NCBI GenBank assembly: GCA_043810925.1
Contig: JBDRNT010000079.1
Span: 1-30,229, forward strand
Length of the DNA: 30,229 nucleotides
Direction: 5' to 3'
Origin: Candidatus Eiseniibacteriota bacterium
GTDB taxonomy: Bacteria > Arandabacterota > Arandabacteria > Arandabacterales > Arandabacteraceae
Shown: positions 25,422-30,229 of the stretch, one piece after another
How the letters are laid out: each line of letters opens with the position of its first letter
How positions within the stretch are numbered: the stretch's first letter is position 1
Notes under the pieces: generated by a model
What the model was told of the DNA's origin: nothing
Database searches by the model: none
The model's input: only the letters and a program-made list of their open reading frames with translations
Translations under genes and position numbers: made by a program

Positions 25422-26962
25422 GAAGAGAAATAATCATAAATGTTGAATCACAGGAAACAAGGATCGGAATAAAGGAAGATGGGCATCTGGTTGAGTTCAT
25501 GGTCGAGCGTCTGGGTAACAGGCTTTCGGTCGGTGATATATACAAGGCCAGGGTGACGGCCGTTCTTCCGGGTATGCAGGCGTCGTTTCTGGATGTCGGC
25601 TACGCGAGGAGCGCCTTCCTCCACGCTTCGGATTTAAGCACCGACCTGGCGGATTTCGAAAGTATCGAAGACCGCTTCAGTGATGATGAAGTGACCCGGG
25701 CCGCACCCGTCGGTAAGGACAGGAACATGCTGATTGAGAATGTCCTCGCCAAAGGTGATGAGATCCTGGTCCAGGTGACAAAAGAACCGATCATGACCAA
25801 GGGGCCGAGAGTCACCACCCAGATCTCGCTGCCCGGCCGGTATCTTGTGCTCATGCCGAGTGCCGAGCTGGTGGGTGTTTCAAGAAAGATCGAAGACAGG
25901 GAAGAGCGCCATAGGATCAAGGAGATCGTCGCACCGCTGAAGCCCGATGGGATGGGGATCATTGTCCGGACCGCCGGTGAGGGGATGGACCGCAAGCACT
26001 TCGAGGCGGACATCAAGTTTCTCACCAAGCTCTGGGATCGTCAAACCAAGAGGGCCGAGAAGGCAAAGGTCCCCAGCCTGATCCACAAGGATATGGAGAT
26101 AATCACAAGACTCGTGAGAGACATCGTCACGGAGGATGTTACGGCCGTAGTGGTTGATTCCAAGAAGGAATACAAGGAGATAGTATCCTATCTCCGGTCG
26201 TTCGCGCCCGCTCTCAGGTCCAGGGTCCATCTCTATAAAGAGGACACACCGATATTTGATGCCTACGAGATCGAGAAGGATACTGAGAAGATGCTCAACC
26301 GGATCGTACCGCTTAAGAAGGGTGGGTTCATATCTATCGATCACACCGAGGCGCTGGTTGCCATCGATGTCAATACCGGCAGGTACAAAGGTGCGAAGGA
26401 TCAGGAGGAGACGGCACTGAGGACGAATGTCCAGGCGGCAACGGAGATCGCCAGACAACTCAGGCTCCGGGATCTGGGCGGGATCATTGTCATTGATTTC
26501 ATCGATATGGAGCTTGAGGAGAACAGGAAGAAGGTGCTTGACGAGCTGAGGAGCGGCCTTAGGACCGACAGGTCACGGACCAAGACGCTGAGAGTGAGTG
26601 AGATGGGGCTTGTGGAGATGACGAGACAGCGTGTGAGGCCCAGCCTGGGCCAGCTTTTGAGCGAGACGTGTCCGACCTGTGGCGGCTCCGGGAGGGCGCT
26701 TTCGCTCGACGCGATAGAGATGCGTCTCGAGCGCGCCTTAAGGCGGCTCAAGGGCAGGTCATCGGAGAAGCGCCTGGAGCTCTATCTTAATCCCGAGGTC
26801 GCGTTCCATATGCTCTCGGAAAGCTCACGGCGTATCATAAGGCTCGAGAAGCGCTTTAATCTGGAGATAGACGTCAAGGATGATCCCAACCTGAGACGGG
26901 AAGAATTCGTCGTCCGCACCTGCCGCAAAGGCGAGGACCTTTCATATCTCCTCGAACTGTAG
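25418..26962 (+). CDS. rng: Rne/Rng-family ribonuclease (RNase G-sized, no C-terminal scaffold)
   Basis: S1 'GDIYKARV..VLPGMQASF.DVG', 'VQVTKEP..TKGPRVT', 'IDVNTG', 'RQLRLRDLGGIIVIDFIDM' and Zn-link 'CPTCGGSG'. Confidence 0.93.
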   Translation: MRREIIINVESQETRIGIKEDGHLVEFMVERLGNRLSVGDIYKARVTAVLPGMQASFLDVGYARSAFLHASDLSTDLADFESIEDRFSDDEVTRAAPVGKDRNMLIENVLAKGDEILVQVTKEPIMTKGPRVTTQISLPGRYLVLMPSAELVGVSRKIEDREERHRIKEIVAPLKPDGMGIIVRTAGEGMDRKHFEADIKFLTKLWDRQTKRAEKAKVPSLIHKDMEIITRLVRDIVTEDVTAVVVDSKKEYKEIVSYLRSFAPALRSRVHLYKEDTPIFDAYEIEKDTEKMLNRIVPLKKGGFISIDHTEALVAIDVNTGRYKGAKDQEETALRTNVQAATEIARQLRLRDLGGIIVIDFIDMELEENRKKVLDELRSGLRTDRSRTKTLRVSEMGLVEMTRQRVRPSLGQLLSETCPTCGGSGRALSLDAIEMRLERALRRLKGRSSEKRLELYLNPEVAFHMLSESSRRIIRLEKRFNLEIDVKDDPNLRREEFVVRTCRKGEDLSYLLEL

Positions 26963-26984
26963 CGTCGGGGTTCCACCCCCGACG
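26963..26984 (+). terminator. GC hairpin immediately after the rng stop (no U-tract; weak terminator or stabiliser)
   Basis: CGTCGGGG-ttccac-CCCCGACG, an 8-bp stem. Confidence 0.35.
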
Positions 26985-27216
26985 GCCTCCCCCCGGTGCC
27001 GGAGCCAGGAAATTATATGCTGCAGCGAGCGTGGCTCACTCGTACTTGTCGGACGAGGCATTTGCTTCTACCTCGGTGACGGCCCCCACTGCGGTTCCTA
27101 AGTCACTGATGTCTTTGAATTCCTTTGCATTGCAGCAATCTTCGAGTCGGAACCGGCCTTCGCCCACGGTAATCTTCCTTGGTCAATGCCTATATGCCGG
27201 CCGCAAGCCTCTGTAG

Positions 27217-27246
27217 AAAACCCCCGGCCTCGAGGGCCGGGGGTTT
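27217..27246 (-). terminator. intrinsic terminator (possibly bidirectional)
   Basis: AAAA-CCCCCGGCC-tcgag-GGCCGGGGG-TTT, located ~33 nt past the stop of the minus-strand gene. Confidence 0.8.
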
Positions 27247-27279
27247 CATCATCAGTTCGCTACCGACCTGATGCGACAA

Positions 27280-29490
27280 CTACCTCACGAGCATTACCTT
27301 CCCCGTGGCCACCTGGCTGTCGAGAGTGAGTCGCTGGAAGTAAATGCCGGCCGCCATGTTCCGGCCCCGCCTATCGGTGCCGGACCAGCTGACACTATGC
27401 GGACCACCTTCTTGTACTTGATCTACCAGCGTCGTGACAAGCTGTCCCGTGACAGTGTAGATCTCGAGCTTCACGTGGCCGCCACCAGGAGGCAGCGCAT
27501 ATCGAAGCGTTGTCGCGCTTGCGAAGGGATTCGGTGCATTCTGCCCGAGCCAGATGCCGCCCTGAGGGTGGTCTCCGCCATGCACGCCGCCTCCGGGATC
27601 CATCCTGAGCCTGAAAGCAAGATCTATTGATTGGCCCACGTAGGCATGACCCGGCGGATAGATGAGCTCCTCCCAGGGGCCGGGATGGGGCTCCATTCCG
27701 GTTGCCCAGACCGCATCGTCGTTCCAGTGGTCGACCGAAGTCTTCCAGCCCCACCTTGAGAACGGGTCCTCCGACACGGCCTGAACGTCGAGCCAGTAGG
27801 TGATCGAGTCATCCTCCGTGCCTGTCTGGAGAAACGCCGAGTCTCCGGGAACTACGAATCTGTATAGCCAGCAGGTGAAGTCGCCGGGAAAGACCCAGAT
27901 GTCCGGTGGCTCCATCCAGCCTTCGAACAAGCCATCCTTCCAGATGTAGGCCACGAAGTCACCTGGTCGGAACTCATGTATCCAGAGTGTGTCTCCGGGC
28001 ATGCTGAAGCCAGTCGAGCTCACACTCTCTGGAATGTCCTCGTGGATGCTCAGCGTGAAGGTTACCGCGGTGGGATCGACTCCAAACGGCAGGACGTCAT
28101 CCTGCCACGATCCCCAGACATCGATCAGGACGATCTTCCCGGTCTCGCCGCACTGGAAGTCGTCGGCCAGGAGGTAGGGTGTCGTGCATTCAACGTCTAT
28201 CCCGGTACTCGTAAGGTCCGGGCGCTGGATCCACTTGTAGGTATGGGCTTCTTCAATGAGTACCTTATGGTCCTCGACCTCGCCATCGGCGGCAGCCCCA
28301 CCAGGCGGGAGACCCCCGGCAGTACTGATGCGGAACCTCGCAAATGTCTCACCTGTGACTGAGGCTGTCGGGGTTATGAGATTGAAGGAGTGTACGCCCG
28401 GAGCAACAAACGCCGAGTAGACCTTCTCGGAAGGCTGCCAGATCTGGTCGGCGTTAAAGTCGATCCAGCCCACCACCCAGCCGTTACCGCCATTCGTCCG
28501 GAATGTGATTGTTGCAGGTTCACCCGGCGTGAGCGTCGGAATCTGTACGCCGTCTTCATCATCGTACCCGTTGATGTCGTCACCCAAGGCATTAGGATCG
28601 GGTTGGCCATCCATCTCCATATCAGGAGCATCCAGAAGGTCACCCAGCCACGGACCCCCGACGCCGTGCGCGGCGCCCCCGTTTACTGCGAGTGTCGGGT
28701 AACCCGGCACCGCCGCATCATCAGGCGCATCACCCCAGTCCGTGACCGCCCCTTCGTCCTGGCCGACAATCACGAAAGCCAGGTCAATGGATTGTCCTTC
28801 CATGTCGTGTCCATCAGGGTATGTGAGTTCGTACCAGGGGCCGTCATAGGGCTCGGCGCCCTCGCCCCACACGGCATCATCGTTCCAGTGATTTACTGAG
28901 GTCTTCCAGCCCAGTGAGGCAGCCTGATCCCTCGGCTTCGCCTTCACATTCAGCCAGTAGACCACCGGACTGTCAACCCTTCCTTCCTGGTAGAACTGCT
29001 GGATGGGGGGGATGCTGAAGTTATACTGCCAGCAAACCGTGTCAGCGGGAAACTCATAATAACCGTCCGGAGGATTGAGCCAGCCCTCCAAAATGCTGTC
29101 CTTCCAGACTCGAGTGGAAAAACTCCCCGGTGGGTATAACTTGGACCAAAGCACGGTGTCCGGCATGCTGTACCCGGTTGTACTCAGAGATTCGGGGATG
29201 TCCCCATGGATGCTCAGGATGAACCTCACCGAATCGGGAGAATCCCCAAAGGGCAGATAATTGTGCAGCCACGAAGCCCAGATATGGATTTCTGTGATGG
29301 GCCCGGCTTCGGTGCACCGGAAGTCGTCGGCCAGAATTAGAGTCCCGGAAGCATTGACATCGATGCCGGTTGAGTCAAGATCCGGTAGCTGGGCCCACTT
29401 CCTGGCGTCCCAGAGATCCCAGTCAGCAAATGCAGCTGCCGTGTAGGCCAGCAGCACAATCAAAAACACAAATGTACATTTCCGTGCCAT
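27280..29490 (-). CDS. secreted protein: two copies of a Trp-rich ~210-aa domain flanking a GEVED domain, with a FlgD-Ig/T9SS-type C-terminal domain
   Basis: Signal peptide ending AAFA. Internal duplication. 'DWGDAP..YPTL', 'GWIDFNAD..W', 'FARFR', 'DGEVEDH'. CTD 'LGQNAPNPF..ATTLRYALP..LEIYTVTGQLVTTLVD..W.GTD..G..MAAGIYF.RL'. Confidence 0.88.
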   Translation of the reverse strand: MARKCTFVFLIVLLAYTAAAFADWDLWDARKWAQLPDLDSTGIDVNASGTLILADDFRCTEAGPITEIHIWASWLHNYLPFGDSPDSVRFILSIHGDIPESLSTTGYSMPDTVLWSKLYPPGSFSTRVWKDSILEGWLNPPDGYYEFPADTVCWQYNFSIPPIQQFYQEGRVDSPVVYWLNVKAKPRDQAASLGWKTSVNHWNDDAVWGEGAEPYDGPWYELTYPDGHDMEGQSIDLAFVIVGQDEGAVTDWGDAPDDAAVPGYPTLAVNGGAAHGVGGPWLGDLLDAPDMEMDGQPDPNALGDDINGYDDEDGVQIPTLTPGEPATITFRTNGGNGWVVGWIDFNADQIWQPSEKVYSAFVAPGVHSFNLITPTASVTGETFARFRISTAGGLPPGGAAADGEVEDHKVLIEEAHTYKWIQRPDLTSTGIDVECTTPYLLADDFQCGETGKIVLIDVWGSWQDDVLPFGVDPTAVTFTLSIHEDIPESVSSTGFSMPGDTLWIHEFRPGDFVAYIWKDGLFEGWMEPPDIWVFPGDFTCWLYRFVVPGDSAFLQTGTEDDSITYWLDVQAVSEDPFSRWGWKTSVDHWNDDAVWATGMEPHPGPWEELIYPPGHAYVGQSIDLAFRLRMDPGGGVHGGDHPQGGIWLGQNAPNPFASATTLRYALPPGGGHVKLEIYTVTGQLVTTLVDQVQEGGPHSVSWSGTDRRGRNMAAGIYFQRLTLDSQVATGKVMLVR
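27607..29400 (-). repeat. intragenic domain duplication (copy 1: 28768-29400; copy 2: 27607-28236)
   Basis: Both copies read KW.Q.PDL.STGIDV...LADDF.C...W.SW...LPFG..P..V.F.LSIH.DIPES.S.TG.SMP...EGW..PP...YWL.V.A...GWKTSV.HWNDDAVW..G.EP..GPW.EL.YP.GH...GQSIDLAF. Confidence 0.92.
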
Positions 29491-30229
29491 TCCTTCCCCC
29501 TTTCAACTTCTCCTTTCAGCCGGACCTGCAAGCGGGTGCGGGCCGAAGTACAGGAGTCAACGCCGGTACGGCACGTATGCATGTCTGGAGAGAATCGACC
29601 GTTGGCGCGCGCTGCTCCCGAGCTTGGCCAGCGTTCATGATGATGTTCCCCGGCTTTGGTCAGGCTATGCGCTGAGTGACAGATTAGCACCCAAGTCCGC
29701 CACGAGAATCGAGCCAGGTGCCTCTGCCAGAAACACTGCGGCGTGAGCGTAGCATGTTTCCGTGCTTGATTCAAGGCTTTTTGCGTTCGGGTGGACCTGG
29801 CTAGGGAGTGCTCATCTCAAGTTGAAGCCGGACTATTGACCAGTCCTCAAGGTGTCTGAGTGGTACACCACGTGAGTGAGAGTTGGAACCAGATTGCTAA
29901 GTGGCTTGAGGACATGTCGTTGCTTCAGGAGGAGGAATGCGGATGAGCCGCAGACGTGTTACGAAGTGTGGGTCTTCAAGGGATTACGTGGTTCTCACAG
30001 TACCCACTTTGTTTGGAACCAGTGCCTTTGAGCGGACGTTGTGATTGGTTTGTGTGGGTGTGTCTGGCATGGAGTCACCGGTACATACAGCCATGTAACT
30101 GCTTCACCTTGCCTCTGCTGGCCTGTGTTAGGGGGATCTCATGGCCTGGCGAAAGAGAGGCGGAGGGAGCGAGGTCGCATAAATGGCTAGTGTTCTGACC
30201 CGGAAATATCTTTACACATAGCATAGATG

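Noticed and set aside
27031-27216. 61-aa ORF after rng, and the 80-104 aa ORFs at 29370-30198
   Set aside because: No SD, no motif and atypical composition.
1-30229. CRISPR arrays, tRNA/rRNA, IS elements, integrases, defence or toxin-antitoxin genes
   Set aside because: None recognised by eye. No regularly spaced repeats or recombinase/transposase motifs were seen.

Overview
Gene-dense chromosomal segment of roughly 58% GC (estimated by eye) from a diderm bacterium. The gene content (PorV-family barrel, T9SS/FlgD-type C-terminal domains, a GWxTD protein, bamD-nadD linkage) points to an FCB-superphylum lineage; this placement is inference. In order, the window holds: (1) a tightly coupled ~9.7 kb operon of Yip1, TolC, a MacA-like adaptor, two MacB-like permeases with no ABC ATPase, a GWxTD protein, an SH3-NlpC/P60 peptidase, a DUF1611 (DgcN-like) protein and a dipeptide epimerase; (2) a three-gene cassette of TonB-dependent receptor, secreted CTD protein with a symmetric 7-Cys insert, and PorV-family barrel, preceded by an exact sigma28/SigD-type promoter; (3) a double-PspC protein with a probable CTG start, small hypotheticals and an FmdB zinc-ribbon protein; (4) hypothetical-bamD-nadD; (5) a four-subunit Vor-type 2-oxoacid:ferredoxin oxidoreductase, a TIGR03960/TIGR03936 radical SAM fusion and RNase G/E; (6) a minus-strand secreted protein with a duplicated Trp-rich domain, GEVED and a FlgD-type CTD. 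No rRNA, tRNA, CRISPR array, transposase or integrase was recognised. The best candidate for an undescribed system is the sigma28-type-promoter TBDR/CTD-cargo/PorV cassette. All family calls come from motif recognition by eye, not database searches.
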